A stretch of DNA of 31,138 bases from a virus (Duplodnaviria; Caudoviricetes), in IMG/VR virus record IMGVR_UViG_3300027874_000027, positions 1 through 31,138 of that record, one strand, 5' to 3'. Shown piece after piece: positions 18,710-27,117 of the stretch (positions are counted from its first letter, which is position 1; each line of letters begins with the position of its first letter). Position numbers and translations under genes: made by a program. Below the pieces are notes generated by a model, which had not been told where the DNA came from, did no database searches, and worked only from the letters and a program-made list of their open reading frames with translations.

Positions 18710-20004
18710 GCTGTCACGAGTCGTCGAGGTTTGAAGCCTTGCGCAAAGCGCGACGGTGCAGGCTTGCCGTAGTGAATCTTCGCGATGTCAGTGATCGCGC
18801 CTGTCGGCAGCGTGAGCAGTGTCATGCCGCCGCTCGTCGCATCGACTTGATCATCGTGCGCGCTCTCAGGAAACGCGCACAGCTCGTCGATGAAGCTCTG
18901 ATTCCATGCAGCGCGCACGATCGCGAACTTGCCTTGCTCGCTGCGCGCAACGACAGGCAGCGCGCGCGTGAGCTTGTCGCGCGTGACTTCGATCGGCGTG
19001 AATGTGTGCGCAACAAGCAGCGGGTCGCGCATCAATGTCTGCATCATGCCGACTTGCGCGCTCACAACTTCGATGCCTTGACGCGTTGCGACGCCGTCGA
19101 GGTGAGCCGTGTTCGCGATGCAGCGCACGGCGTCAGGCCACTCAAAGCGCGCACGCACAACGTCAGCGACAACGATCGTGCCGTCTTGCGTCACGCCCAT
19201 CTTCACGCCGGCAGTGAAGTCGCTCGTCGTCTTCTCGGTGAACGCGAGGTCCCACGAGCGCACCCACGCGACGTTCTGCGGCTCGTGCTCAAGCACGATG
19301 ATGTTCTGACGCTTGAAGAGCGCGCCAGCGAGCTGCACGAACTCGGCGTCGATCTCTTGCCGCGCGACGAGTGCAGGCAATGTTCTGCGCAGATCAGCGA
19401 TCTCTTTCTTGTCGATGTGCGGGTTCGCGTTCGTCGGATACTGAAAGTTGTGCCAGTCACTGTCGTGAAAGCCGCGCTGATAGAGTTCGTTGAAGTAGTT
19501 GAAGCCGAAAGGCGTGCTGATGAACCACGCGTCGCCGCGCGAGTCCATGAGCGAAGGGCGCACGCATTGCTCCCACATCTCTTGCAGATGATCGACGTGC
19601 GCAGCTTCATCGAAGACGACGAAGTCGATGCCTTCACCGCGCAGCGCGTCTGGTTCTTCAGCTGTGCGAAACTGCAACCAGCCGCCGTTGATGCGCGAGA
19701 AGTCGAACGCTTTCTTCTGCAGCTGCACTTCACAACCGGGAATCTGCAGTGCGAGTTCATTCGCCATGCGCCAGCCCGACTGATACGAGTCGCTCGCATA
19801 AGACGGTGCGACCCATCTGCAGTGCTTGTTGCGTGACGCTTTGTGAAAAGCGGCGCTGATACCGAGCACGCCTTTGCCGAAGCGGCGGCCAGCGGCGATC
19901 ACTTTGTAGCGTGCGCGAGTCTCAGCGATCTCGATCTGCGCGTTATGGAACGTCGGCAGATAGCCGTCGATGATCTTCGTCTCGCTTTTCTCTTTCGTGG
20001 CCAT
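18706..20004 (-). CDS. terL: Terminase large subunit
   Basis: Walker A AGRRFGKG, Walker B VVFDEAA, ISTP coupling motif, and nuclease motifs WDLA and HDDQVDA. Start at ATG 20004. Confidence 0.96.
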   Translation of the reverse strand: MATKEKSETKIIDGYLPTFHNAQIEIAETRARYKVIAAGRRFGKGVLGISAAFHKASRNKHCRWVAPSYASDSYQSGWRMANELALQIPGCEVQLQKKAFDFSRINGGWLQFRTAEEPDALRGEGIDFVVFDEAAHVDHLQEMWEQCVRPSLMDSRGDAWFISTPFGFNYFNELYQRGFHDSDWHNFQYPTNANPHIDKKEIADLRRTLPALVARQEIDAEFVQLAGALFKRQNIIVLEHEPQNVAWVRSWDLAFTEKTTSDFTAGVKMGVTQDGTIVVADVVRARFEWPDAVRCIANTAHLDGVATRQGIEVVSAQVGMMQTLMRDPLLVAHTFTPIEVTRDKLTRALPVVARSEQGKFAIVRAAWNQSFIDELCAFPESAHDDQVDATSGGMTLLTLPTGAITDIAKIHYGKPAPSRFAQGFKPRRLVTA

Positions 20005-20350
20005 AGTGCAGAATGAGCGTCGTCTTCGTGTCGAGCACATCGGTGTCGATCTTGTCGGGCACTTTCCCAAAAGCATATTCGATGAACGCGCGCTGCAGCT
20101 GTGGTTCTGCGCTCGCTGCCCAGTTGCGCAGCATTGCTTCAGCGTTGCTGCGCAGCTCGCCAGTCTTGTCATCTTTGATCATCTGAGCAGCGATCTCTTG
20201 AGCGAGAGCGCGGAACGCTTCAAAGCTCTTCGGGCGGCCTTTCAGATTGCGTCGCGGGTCGAAGCCTTTCGTGAACGGTTTGAGCACGCGTTTGCGTTGA
20301 AGCAGCTGCGCCTCAGTTTGCTGTGGGCGATTGCCGTTTTTGTCGCGCAT
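19943..20350 (-). CDS. terS: Terminase small subunit (DUF5681-like)
   Basis: PFTKGFDPRRNLKGRPK motif; immediately upstream of and overlapping terL. Confidence 0.78.
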   Translation of the reverse strand: MRDKNGNRPQQTEAQLLQRKRVLKPFTKGFDPRRNLKGRPKSFEAFRALAQEIAAQMIKDDKTGELRSNAEAMLRNWAASAEPQLQRAFIEYAFGKVPDKIDTDVLDTKTTLILHYGHEREKRDEDHRRLSADVP

Positions 20351-20534
20351 CGTTGCTGTTGACGTTCGCTTCTCGCATGACTGAAAAAAGCTGTCAAATG
20401 CAGAATTGCGCTGAAAAAAATTTTTCTCTCTCGTGCGGTTGTCGATTTTTTCGTGATCGTCGATCGAGGGAATCGCAAAAAAGCGCGTTCAAATTATTTT
20501 TTGCGCTCGTGAGTCTCAGTGCTCAACAGCGTGC

Positions 20535-20563
20535 TTGACATAATTAGCAAACTGTTCGATTGT
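20535..20563 (+). promoter_or_regulatory. sigma70-like promoter with operator
   Basis: TTGACA-17 nt-GATTGT, 9 nt before ATG 20573. Operator AGCAAAC-T-GTTCGAT at 20546-20560. AT-rich sequence upstream. Confidence 0.6.
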
Positions 20564-20572
20564 CTAACCTGT

Positions 20573-20935
20573 ATGACAAAGAACACAACTGGGCACGTCA
20601 AAGAGTGGCATGACGTTCACAACGATGAGTGCCCGAACAACGGCGATTCGCAGTGCGATTGCAAGTGCAAGCGCATCGTGAATCGAAAACCTTATCGAAA
20701 GATCAAAGTGCGCGATGAGAATGTGCCACGTGGCTATCGTCACGACATGATCGTCGAAGTGTGGCCGCACGGCTTGATCACGCTGCGTGAGCGTGGTCGT
20801 CGTCGTTCAAGCTCTCACTCGATCATGGCGGGCGATCTCTACGCAATGCTCTTGCGTTGGAAAGCGCTCGCGCACGTCGCAGCGAAGAAGAAAGCACGCG
20901 CTGAGCGTCGTCGTCTGCGCAAGGGCAAGCGCTAA
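20573..20935 (+). CDS. Hypothetical basic protein with Cys cluster
   Basis: Lone plus-strand ORF behind its own promoter; HNDECPNNGDSQCDCKC. Confidence 0.7.
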   Translation: MTKNTTGHVKEWHDVHNDECPNNGDSQCDCKCKRIVNRKPYRKIKVRDENVPRGYRHDMIVEVWPHGLITLRERGRRRSSSHSIMAGDLYAMLLRWKALAHVAAKKKARAERRRLRKGKR

Positions 20936-21735
20936 CGACCGAGACTGACGAAGCAGATCGGCTGCGTGAGCGAGCTGATGTTGCTTTTCAGCCACGCGTA
21001 AGCGCGTCGCTCCCAGCCCTTGCTGACTGGCCACGGTGCGTCATCAGCAGTCGCATCGTGGCCGTCAGTTGAGTCGTCGTGCAGTTCGATCATCGGCGTC
21101 GTCTTCATCGCGATGTTGTTCTCGATCACGCGCTGCACTGATTTGATCGGGCGGCTGACGACGCCGTGCAGCGTGCAGCTCTGCTTGTTGCTCAATGCGA
21201 GCGCGAGACACGAGAGCGCGGTGCCGCTTCCCGTGGGCACGATGTAGCTTGCGGCTTTCGGCAGCGCGTAACGCTTGAAGAACTTCGTCTGCAGATCAAC
21301 GAACGCAAAAACGTCGATGCCCATCGGCAGCATGAGCCCTGTTTCAGCGAAGCGATCGAAGAGCTGCTTGCGACTGATGTTGAAGTTCACTTGATACACG
21401 TTCGGCTTGAGCAGCACGAGTGAATCGCCGATCGCTCGCGCCCACGGCGGTGGTTCTTTCGTGCGCGGGTGCGTGATCACTGCTTTGATCGCGCGCTTGT
21501 CGCATTCGCGCTTCAGATCGCCGACCCAGAAGGATTCGCGCGATGCGTAGTAACCGAGCGCACGCAGTCCGTGCTCAGCAGCCCAGTCGCAGAACGCGGG
21601 CAGCACCGCGCACTTCACGTAGGGCGAGAAGCCGTCACTGATCGCGTCGTCTGCGCGGTAGACGAGCACGTCGATCGACTCGACGCGGTGACGCTCAACG
21701 CGAACGCGATCTTCTTTCAGCGCGAATGTTGTCAC
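20932..21735 (-). CDS. PLP-dependent fold-type II (TrpB / ACC-deaminase-like) protein
   Basis: VLVYRADD...K near the N-terminus and phosphate loop IVPTGSGT. GTGA-coupled start. Confidence 0.65.
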   Translation of the reverse strand: MTTFALKEDRVRVERHRVESIDVLVYRADDAISDGFSPYVKCAVLPAFCDWAAEHGLRALGYYASRESFWVGDLKRECDKRAIKAVITHPRTKEPPPWARAIGDSLVLLKPNVYQVNFNISRKQLFDRFAETGLMLPMGIDVFAFVDLQTKFFKRYALPKAASYIVPTGSGTALSCLALALSNKQSCTLHGVVSRPIKSVQRVIENNIAMKTTPMIELHDDSTDGHDATADDAPWPVSKGWERRAYAWLKSNISSLTQPICFVSLGR

Positions 21736-22010
21736 TCGTTCGCAGCAGCAGCAGTGAGCTTGTCACGGCGCAATCGCTCACTACGCACAGTGCGCGGCTC
21801 GCCGCGCAAATTGCCACGCTGCTTGTCGATCTCGCGCTGACACTCGCGGCAGAACCACGAGCGCGCGCTCACGAAGAGCGTCGTCGAGATTTTTTCGCCG
21901 TTGTGCAGCGGACCCTTGCACGCGCGCACGTAGTCGGGCAGCTCCGGTCGTTCTCTCTTTGTGTTGCTGAAGTCGAATTGGTATTGCTTTGGTTTTTTTG
22001 TTTTCATCAT
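21732..22010 (-). CDS. Hypothetical protein, possible zinc finger
   Basis: CKGPLH...FCRECQ; coupled within the operon. Confidence 0.65.
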   Translation of the reverse strand: MMKTKKPKQYQFDFSNTKRERPELPDYVRACKGPLHNGEKISTTLFVSARSWFCRECQREIDKQRGNLRGEPRTVRSERLRRDKLTAAAANE

Positions 22011-22924
22011 CTTGGCTTTTGAAAGATCAGCGCATACTCGTGCCGCTTCGGCAGCAGCTTGCGCTCAAAAATCTGATTGACGAACGCGGCCGCGATTGAC
22101 GAACCGAGGTCGATGATCGCGATGTCGTGCTGCACGAAGCCAGCCTTGTTCATCAGCCTGATGACGTCGCTGTGATACGAACGAAAGATACCGTCGAAGC
22201 GAAAGTCGTTCACGCACCAGACGCAGAAGCGACCGCTCTTGAGCACGCGCAAGTTTTCTTTCATCACGTCGAACAGTCGATCAAGGAAATGCTGATACGA
22301 GCGCGCGTTGTTGCCAAGCTGCTCGGGCTCGTCGCCGTAATGTTCGAGACAGTAGTAGGGTGGGCTCGTGATCGTGAAGTCACCGATGCCGCTGTCCCAC
22401 GGCAGCTTGCGCGAGTCACCCGTCGTCAAGCGCACGATCGGCGCTTCTTCGCTCGATTGAAACATGTCGCTCTTGCGCTCTTCGTGCAGCACTTCGAGCA
22501 CGCGCGCGTTCGCAGCTTGGAACTTCGCGCTGATGTCGTTGCCCCAGTAACTGCGACCGGCGCGAAAGCAGAGTTCGAGTCGTGAGTTGTGTCCAGCGAA
22601 AGGATCGACCACTCGATCACCTGCTTTCGTGTAGAGCAGCAGCAGCGCGCGCCCTACGTTCTGCGGGAAGCGCGAGAGACCAGCACCCTCACCGCGACAC
22701 GTGCGCGAACTGACACCGAAGACTTTACCGAGCGCGCTCGTTGAGTCATAAGCGCCATAGTCAGCTGTGTTCTCGTAAGATCGCTCGTTCTCGACGATGA
22801 GATCGAGCGCCATTGTCTTCTTGTCGTAGCGCAAGATTGACGTCGGTGCTTCGCCGCCGTAGTCGCGCAGGTTTTTCTCGCGCATCTCGCGCGACTCAAT
22901 CAAGTCTTCAACTGTTTTGCCCAT
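22007..22924 (-). CDS. DNA amino-methyltransferase (N4-C/N6-A family)
   Basis: DPFAG (SAM-binding) precedes TSPPY (catalytic); C-terminal HEYALIFQK. Confidence 0.88.
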   Translation of the reverse strand: MGKTVEDLIESREMREKNLRDYGGEAPTSILRYDKKTMALDLIVENERSYENTADYGAYDSTSALGKVFGVSSRTCRGEGAGLSRFPQNVGRALLLLYTKAGDRVVDPFAGHNSRLELCFRAGRSYWGNDISAKFQAANARVLEVLHEERKSDMFQSSEEAPIVRLTTGDSRKLPWDSGIGDFTITSPPYYCLEHYGDEPEQLGNNARSYQHFLDRLFDVMKENLRVLKSGRFCVWCVNDFRFDGIFRSYHSDVIRLMNKAGFVQHDIAIIDLGSSIAAAFVNQIFERKLLPKRHEYALIFQKPR

Positions 22925-23099
22925 GTTCTGTGTCCTCGCTTTCTTCGCGCCCGCGCATTGCGGCGCGCTTCTCGTTTCTTTTCAGTTCATCTGTCACAAC
23001 CTTTTCGACTGCTTCGCGCGTGAACGCGGGCAGCTCGACGTCCATCATCTCGAAGTAGTAGTAGATTCGATCGACGATTCGTTTCGCGATTTTTTTCAT
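22908..23099 (-). CDS. Hypothetical protein (63 aa, MKKIAKR...)
   Basis: ATG 23099 is TGATG-coupled to the upstream gene. Confidence 0.6.
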   Translation of the reverse strand: MKKIAKRIVDRIYYYFEMMDVELPAFTREAVEKVVTDELKRNEKRAAMRGREESEDTEHGQNS

Positions 23100-23275
23100 C
23101 AGTGCTTCTTGTGCCCGCCTTTCGCCGGATAGGTCAAGTGAAACGCGTCGCACTGCGCGCAGAAGTAACAACTGCGCGCGAGCTGCTTGCGCGGTTTGCC
23201 GTCGCGACGCTGACGCGTGAGGTGACGTCTGATCGCCGCCGTGTCCTTGAACGCTGTCTTCGTGCAGATGATCAT
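23099..23275 (-). CDS. Small zinc-finger protein (58 aa; not in the ORF track)
   Basis: Manual translation MIICTKTAFKD...CYFCAQCDAFHLTY...KKH*. Coupled by ATGA and TGATG overlaps. Confidence 0.75.
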   Translation of the reverse strand: MIICTKTAFKDTAAIRRHLTRQRRDGKPRKQLARSCYFCAQCDAFHLTYPAKGGHKKH

Positions 23276-23583
23276 GCGAGCCCGACCTGCTTCGCTTCAC
23301 GGTACGCTTCACGCACCGCTTCGCAGTTGAACGCGACACGAGTCTCGACGCCCGCCCAACGACGCCCGGTCTTTTGCTCAGTGAAGATCGCGCCACCGTC
23401 TTTCTCCCACCACTGCACGAAGCGACGCGGCGGGTGCGGGTTCCAACGCTTGTGCACGTATTGTCGAAAGTGAATCTTGCGCTTCTTCTCGTTGCACTCG
23501 TGAAAGTCGCAGAGCGCGTTGATCTGCTCGCTCTTGCTCATCTCGTTGAACTCGTCCATCGTCACCTCGAACTCTGGTCTCAT
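23272..23583 (-). CDS. Hypothetical protein
   Basis: 103 aa, coupled to the replication initiator gene. Confidence 0.7.
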   Translation of the reverse strand: MRPEFEVTMDEFNEMSKSEQINALCDFHECNEKKRKIHFRQYVHKRWNPHPPRRFVQWWEKDGGAIFTEQKTGRRWAGVETRVAFNCEAVREAYREAKQVGLA

Positions 23584-24452
23584 AGCTTGCTCGCTTTCTT
23601 TTCGCGATATTCTTGCAATCTGCGTCGAGATGCGTTCATCTCAGCTTCGATGCGATCGTCGTCGTGCGCGCTCGGCGCCGTGCGCGACATCGGACGCTCA
23701 GCGCGGTTCAACCAGTTGATGAAGCGACGTCGAGAAGCAGTCTTGTTGTTCGCTTTGCACCAGTTCAGCATCTTGCCGTGCTCGCGCACAACGTCGAGCC
23801 CGTTGTAGGTCTTGTCTTGAGCGAGTGATCTCAACCACTCATCATCACTGACGCTGGTCGCGCTTGCGCGCGACGATTTGCCCAATGTCTTGGTTATCTT
23901 TGCTTCTGCTTCTGCTTCTGCTTGCGTGACGTCACGTGACTGTTCGCCTCCGTCACGCGTGACACCGTCAACATCACGCCGTGACGAAACTGATGATGTT
24001 GACGATTGTTGACGTTTGCTGATGCCAGCTTTCTTGCGCGCACGATAACGTGCTTGGCGTTCTGCTGCCGTGTAGTCGCGATCGCGGTACTTGAAATAAT
24101 TCAGAACGACGAAGCCGCCGTCAACGCGAACGAGTCGTCGCCCATCAAAGTCAGCAGTGCGCGACCCTGCTTCAGGGCTGCCGAGCTGTTCCATCGCATC
24201 GAGACCCGCTTCTTGATCGTCGATCATCGCGCGTCGAATAATCCCGACGCTCGCTGCGGGCACGAACCCGTACCAGCCGGGCGGGACTTTCCAGCCCGTC
24301 TTTTTCATCGAGCGAATCTCGATCTGCTCTTGCGCTTCAGCGAACTCTCGCGGCTCTGCCATCAAAAGCGCGGTCAGAAAAATCTCACGGCACATGCGCT
24401 CAAACCAGAGAGTCGAGTTCAAGATGTTCGTGTCGAGCTTGACGAAAGGCAT
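23580..24452 (-). CDS. Phage replication initiator / replisome organizer
   Basis: N-terminal FVKLDTNILNSTLW domain, LNYFKYR...AERQARYRARKK, a low-complexity linker with DNA repeats, and C-terminal FINWLNRA. Confidence 0.78.
   Translation of the reverse strand: MPFVKLDTNILNSTLWFERMCREIFLTALLMAEPREFAEAQEQIEIRSMKKTGWKVPPGWYGFVPAASVGIIRRAMIDDQEAGLDAMEQLGSPEAGSRTADFDGRRLVRVDGGFVVLNYFKYRDRDYTAAERQARYRARKKAGISKRQQSSTSSVSSRRDVDGVTRDGGEQSRDVTQAEAEAEAKITKTLGKSSRASATSVSDDEWLRSLAQDKTYNGLDVVREHGKMLNWCKANNKTASRRRFINWLNRAERPMSRTAPSAHDDDRIEAEMNASRRRLQEYREKKASKL
23901..23985. repeat. Iteron-like GTCAC/GTGAC palindrome cluster (candidate replication origin)
   Basis: cgtgacgtcacg, gtcacgtgac, gtcacgcgtgac and tcacgccgtga, next to (tgcttc)3, inside the initiator linker. 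Confidence 0.55.
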
Positions 24453-24454
24453 CG

Positions 24455-24539
24455 CGCTGTCACGCTGTCACGCTGTGACATTGCAGTCAACAAAAAAATC
24501 AATTCGACATCTACAAAGTGTTCGCTGATACTGTTCGCT
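24455..24539. promoter_or_regulatory. Divergent promoter region
   Basis: Rightward TCGACA(24504)-17-GATACT-9 nt-ATG. Leftward TTGACT(24490)-17-CAGCGT-9 nt-ATG. (CGCTGTCA)x3-like repeat at 24455-24478; TGTTCGCT at 24519 and 24532. Confidence 0.6.
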
Positions 24540-24541
24540 AT

Positions 24542-25108
24542 ATGACTAAAACATTGCAGAAAAATGGACAAAGCAAGATCGTCGCGCGACCGCTCACAAC
24601 GCTCGTGCCACTGATCAAGGAAACACTCGCCGACGCATACGAAGCGGGTCTCGACTACTACATCAAGATCGGCGGCATGCTGCACGAAGCGAAAGCACAA
24701 GTTGAACTCGGGAAGTGGAAAAATTGGCTCGCGCAAAACTTCCACCTCTCAGCTTCAACGGCGAGCAATTACATGATGGCGTTCAACAAGCGACGATCTC
24801 GATCGTCGTTCAGAACAGCGTCTGAAGCGTGGCGGCCGAACGCAAGCGCGCATCATCAGCCCGCGTGGCAATCGACCGTCAAAGATCGCGTCGCGCAAGC
24901 GCGCAAGCAGTCACAGATTTTTGAGCGTGACGAACTCTCGCGCAAACAAGAAAGCGACGCGCTGCAGAAGCTCGCGCATCGTCTGATCGACATCGGCTAC
25001 AAAGTGCTCAGCATCGAGCTGCACCCGGACAAGGGTGGTTCGCACGAAGCGATGTTGCGCTTGAACGAAGTGCGCACTCACCTGCGCTCAGCAGTGGAGG
25101 ACTTATGA
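24542..25108 (+). CDS. DUF3102-like protein with C-terminal J-domain-like HPD motif
   Basis: IGGMLHEAKAQVELGKWKNWL...TASNYM and LHPDKGGSHEAMLRLNE. Confidence 0.75.
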   Translation: MTKTLQKNGQSKIVARPLTTLVPLIKETLADAYEAGLDYYIKIGGMLHEAKAQVELGKWKNWLAQNFHLSASTASNYMMAFNKRRSRSSFRTASEAWRPNASAHHQPAWQSTVKDRVAQARKQSQIFERDELSRKQESDALQKLAHRLIDIGYKVLSIELHPDKGGSHEAMLRLNEVRTHLRSAVEDL

Positions 25109-25602
25109 GCCTCGCGAAACAGCGCAGAAAAGAATTGAAGAACAGACAGCTCGCGAGAGTTGAAGCGAAGCTCGTCAAAGTCGCTGGGCGTCTGATCTCG
25201 AACAAAGTCGGGCGCTACCAGCACAAGATCACGCGCGACATGATCGAGCTGTCGCGTCACGGCAACGGCGTGACGACGATCAAAGCGATCGCGCTCGCGC
25301 AGTTCGGCTCAGCCCGTCGCGATCAGCAAGCATACGTGCGCAAGCGCAGCAGCGAAGTCGTCAACGAACTGCTGCGCAGCGGCGTGCTGTGTTACCCTGA
25401 GTTCGAGGTCGCGGGCTATCACCGACTCAAGGCGATCAAGTTCTATCTCGGCGACAGCGAAGACAAGATTCAATTGCCGCTCTACTTGAAGCGGATGCTC
25501 GATCGCAAACAGATCAGCGCGCACAAATATGATGGCTTGATCGAGCTGCAGAAACACATCGACGACAACAACGAAGAGAACTCACATGAAACACGAAACT
25601 GA
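25105..25602 (+). CDS. Hypothetical protein
   Basis: 165 aa, GGAGG SD, ATGA overlap. Confidence 0.75.
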   Translation: MSLAKQRRKELKNRQLARVEAKLVKVAGRLISNKVGRYQHKITRDMIELSRHGNGVTTIKAIALAQFGSARRDQQAYVRKRSSEVVNELLRSGVLCYPEFEVAGYHRLKAIKFYLGDSEDKIQLPLYLKRMLDRKQISAHKYDGLIELQKHIDDNNEENSHETRN

Positions 25603-25738
25603 ACAAGAGATCATTCGACGCGCGATGTCGATCATGGGCTCGCGCAAAAGCGCGCGCAAGACGCGCGCGTGCCGAGCGAACGCGAAGCGTCCGCGCAAGC
25701 GCAAAAAGCACGTCTCGCGCAAGCGCGTCCCTTCGTAA
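25586..25738 (+). CDS. Small, very basic putative DNA-binding protein (50 aa; not in the ORF track)
   Basis: Manual translation MKHETEQEIIRRAMSIMGSRKSARKTRACRANAKRPRKRKKHVSRKRVPS*. Confidence 0.65.
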   Translation: MKHETEQEIIRRAMSIMGSRKSARKTRACRANAKRPRKRKKHVSRKRVPS

Positions 25739-25761
25739 AGTGCTCATTTTGAGCACTTTAC
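25735..25761. repeat. Perfect 12-bp inverted repeat (terminator or protein-binding site)
   Basis: gtaaagtgctca-ttt-tgagcactttac. Confidence 0.7.
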
Positions 25762-25789
25762 AAGGCTGAAAAATAGTTGAAAAAAGATG

Positions 25790-25818
25790 TTGCAGCGATC
25801 TGTTCGCTATATTAGGAT
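25790..25818 (+). promoter_or_regulatory. sigma70-like promoter for a leaderless transcript, with operator
   Basis: TTGCAG-17-TAGGAT-6 nt-ATG(25825). Operator AGCGATC-T-GTTCGCT at 25794-25808. Confidence 0.72.
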
Positions 25819-25824
25819 GTGTGC

Positions 25825-26169
25825 ATGTCAAACACAACTCAATCAGTAACGGTTGCGGGCAATGCGCCGCGATTCACAGCAAATGAAATCAAAGTCTTGA
25901 AGGCGCTTCATGCGTCGATGCAAGGCAACGGCTTCGACTTCGGCTTCGTTGATGAAGCGACCAACGTCGAGGGCTTGAGCAAAGCATCAGCGGGCGCAGT
26001 GCTGCGCGAAGTGCGCAAGAAAGTGCGCATCACGACTTGGGACCCAGTCACGACTGACTCGGGCACTTACACGCAGATCACTGCGTCGTTGCCTGATGAT
26101 GGCGTCGGCTACGAGTCACTGAAGAACTTTCACGTGTGGCTGCGTCTGATCGACAAAGCTGCGAAGTGA
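25825..26169 (+). CDS. Hypothetical protein (possible winged helix); carries internal motif copy A
   Basis: MSNTTQSVTVAGNAPR... Confidence 0.75.
   Translation: MSNTTQSVTVAGNAPRFTANEIKVLKALHASMQGNGFDFGFVDEATNVEGLSKASAGAVLREVRKKVRITTWDPVTTDSGTYTQITASLPDDGVGYESLKNFHVWLRLIDKAAK
25845..25872 (+). repeat. AGUNAYGG + bulged hairpin motif, copy A
   Basis: agtaacgg ttgcgg gc aat gc g ccgcga. Confidence 0.8.
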
Positions 26170-26258
26170 TCAACTGTCTGCTCGCGCGCGTCGCGAGCAG
26201 CAAGATGAACACAACATCAGAAAGAACAGCAGTCATGGGCGTGAGCATTGCGTCACGC
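26166..26258 (+). repeat. Two-hairpin gene-start element, copy B
   Basis: gtgatcaactgt ctgctcgcg-cgcgt-cgcgagcag caag ATG ... agtcatgg gcgtga gc att gc g tcacgc. Confidence 0.92.
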
Positions 26259-26381
26259 GATTATTCAGAGCTGGACAACTTCAGCGCGCGCTTCAACAGA
26301 GCGATCGACATCGTCGTTGCGATCGTTGATCGCTTCGTCATCACGCCGCTGATCGGAGGAGGTGAAGCGAGTGACTACTAA
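26205..26381 (+). CDS. Hypothetical protein (58 aa)
   Basis: MNTTSERTAVMGVSIASR...; start defined by the repeat element. Confidence 0.65.
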   Translation: MNTTSERTAVMGVSIASRDYSELDNFSARFNRAIDIVVAIVDRFVITPLIGGGEASDY

Positions 26382-26625
26382 GAACAAGCGCGTGCACATC
26401 TCGAACCGCGTGCGCTTCGGCGTCTATTGGCGCAGAATCGGCACGACGCAGTGGTTCGGGCGCTCGAACTACGCGACTGAAGAAGCTGCGCTGCAGCACT
26501 TCATCGAGTTCGGCAAGCCCGACTCACTCGGCTTCGTGAGCATCGCTGCTGACGATTACGAAGTGATCATCGAGCGTCTTGAGATCAAAGCGACACAACT
26601 GAAGCACAAAATCATCAGAGCTTAG
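26371..26625 (+). CDS. Hypothetical protein
   Basis: GTG 26371 preceded by GGAGGAGG. Confidence 0.7.
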   Translation: MTTKNKRVHISNRVRFGVYWRRIGTTQWFGRSNYATEEAALQHFIEFGKPDSLGFVSIAADDYEVIIERLEIKATQLKHKIIRA

Positions 26626-26712
26626 TGTTCGACAGTCTGCGCGTTCGTGAGAGCGCGCAGCATGATGAGCACAAAACCAAACGAAGTAATGGGCGAGAGC
26701 ACAGCGTCTCGC
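26625..26712 (+). repeat. Two-hairpin gene-start element, copy C
   Basis: gtgttcgacagt ctgcgcgttc-gtga-gagcgcgcag catg ATG ... agtaatgg gcgaga gc aca gc g tctcgc. Confidence 0.9.
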
Positions 26713-27027
26713 AACGGCATTTACAACAATTACGAGAACGTGAAAAAACTGATCGCGCGAATCTGCGACAACAGATTGCCCGGGCTGCAGCTGTCGGTCG
26801 ACCCGATGTGCGGCACGCTCGAAGTCAGCAAGCGCGGCAGCGGGTTCGCAATTCTCGCGACTCCGTTCTGGGAAGATGAACGAAAGCTGCCCGTGCAGAT
26901 CATCACGGAAGCTGGCGATGACGTGCTTGCGTGCGATGTGCACGTCGCGTGGACGCAAGACATCGAGCGCGATGCGCAGCTCTGGGAGAACGCAATCAAA
27001 CCGTTCGTGAGCTTCTACCTGCAGTGA
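26665..27027 (+). CDS. Hypothetical protein
   Basis: MSTKPNEVMGESTASR...ATPFWE. Confidence 0.72.
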   Translation: MSTKPNEVMGESTASRNGIYNNYENVKKLIARICDNRLPGLQLSVDPMCGTLEVSKRGSGFAILATPFWEDERKLPVQIITEAGDDVLACDVHVAWTQDIERDAQLWENAIKPFVSFYLQ

Positions 27028-27117
27028 TCAACTGTCTGTGCTCGCACTGTCGAGCACAGCAAGATGAGCACAAAAAAGCAGAAGACAGCAGTAACGGGCG
27101 GGGGCACAGCGCCTCGC
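27024..27117 (+). repeat. Two-hairpin gene-start element, copy D
   Basis: gtgatcaactgt ctgtgctcg-cactgt-cgagcacag caag ATG ... agtaacgg gcgggg gc aca gc g cctcgc. Confidence 0.92.

Noticed and set aside
20005-20172. Upstream extensions given by the ORF track (TerL to 20172; also 4119, 9751, 12503, 23396, 26136, 26647, 27566, 29602)
   Set aside because: They overlap upstream genes deeply. Downstream starts with coupling overlaps, SD sequences or the repeat element fit better.
12-20362. Numerous long plus-strand ORFs opposite the structural operon (e.g. 2296-3117, 7172-7963, 14510-15316, 18679-19836)
   Set aside because: Shadow ORFs from high GC and codon bias; Arg/Ala-rich with no motifs, antisense to well-supported genes.
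25735-25761. Palindrome as a dif/lox or protelomerase site
   Set aside because: The 3-nt spacer does not fit tyrosine-recombinase sites (6-8 nt), it is short for a telomere-resolution site, and no cognate enzyme is in the window.
26173-26233. Long-range pairing of upstream ACUGU with GCAGU before hairpin 2
   Set aside because: Possible in copies B, D and E but not maintained in C or F, and shows no covariation.
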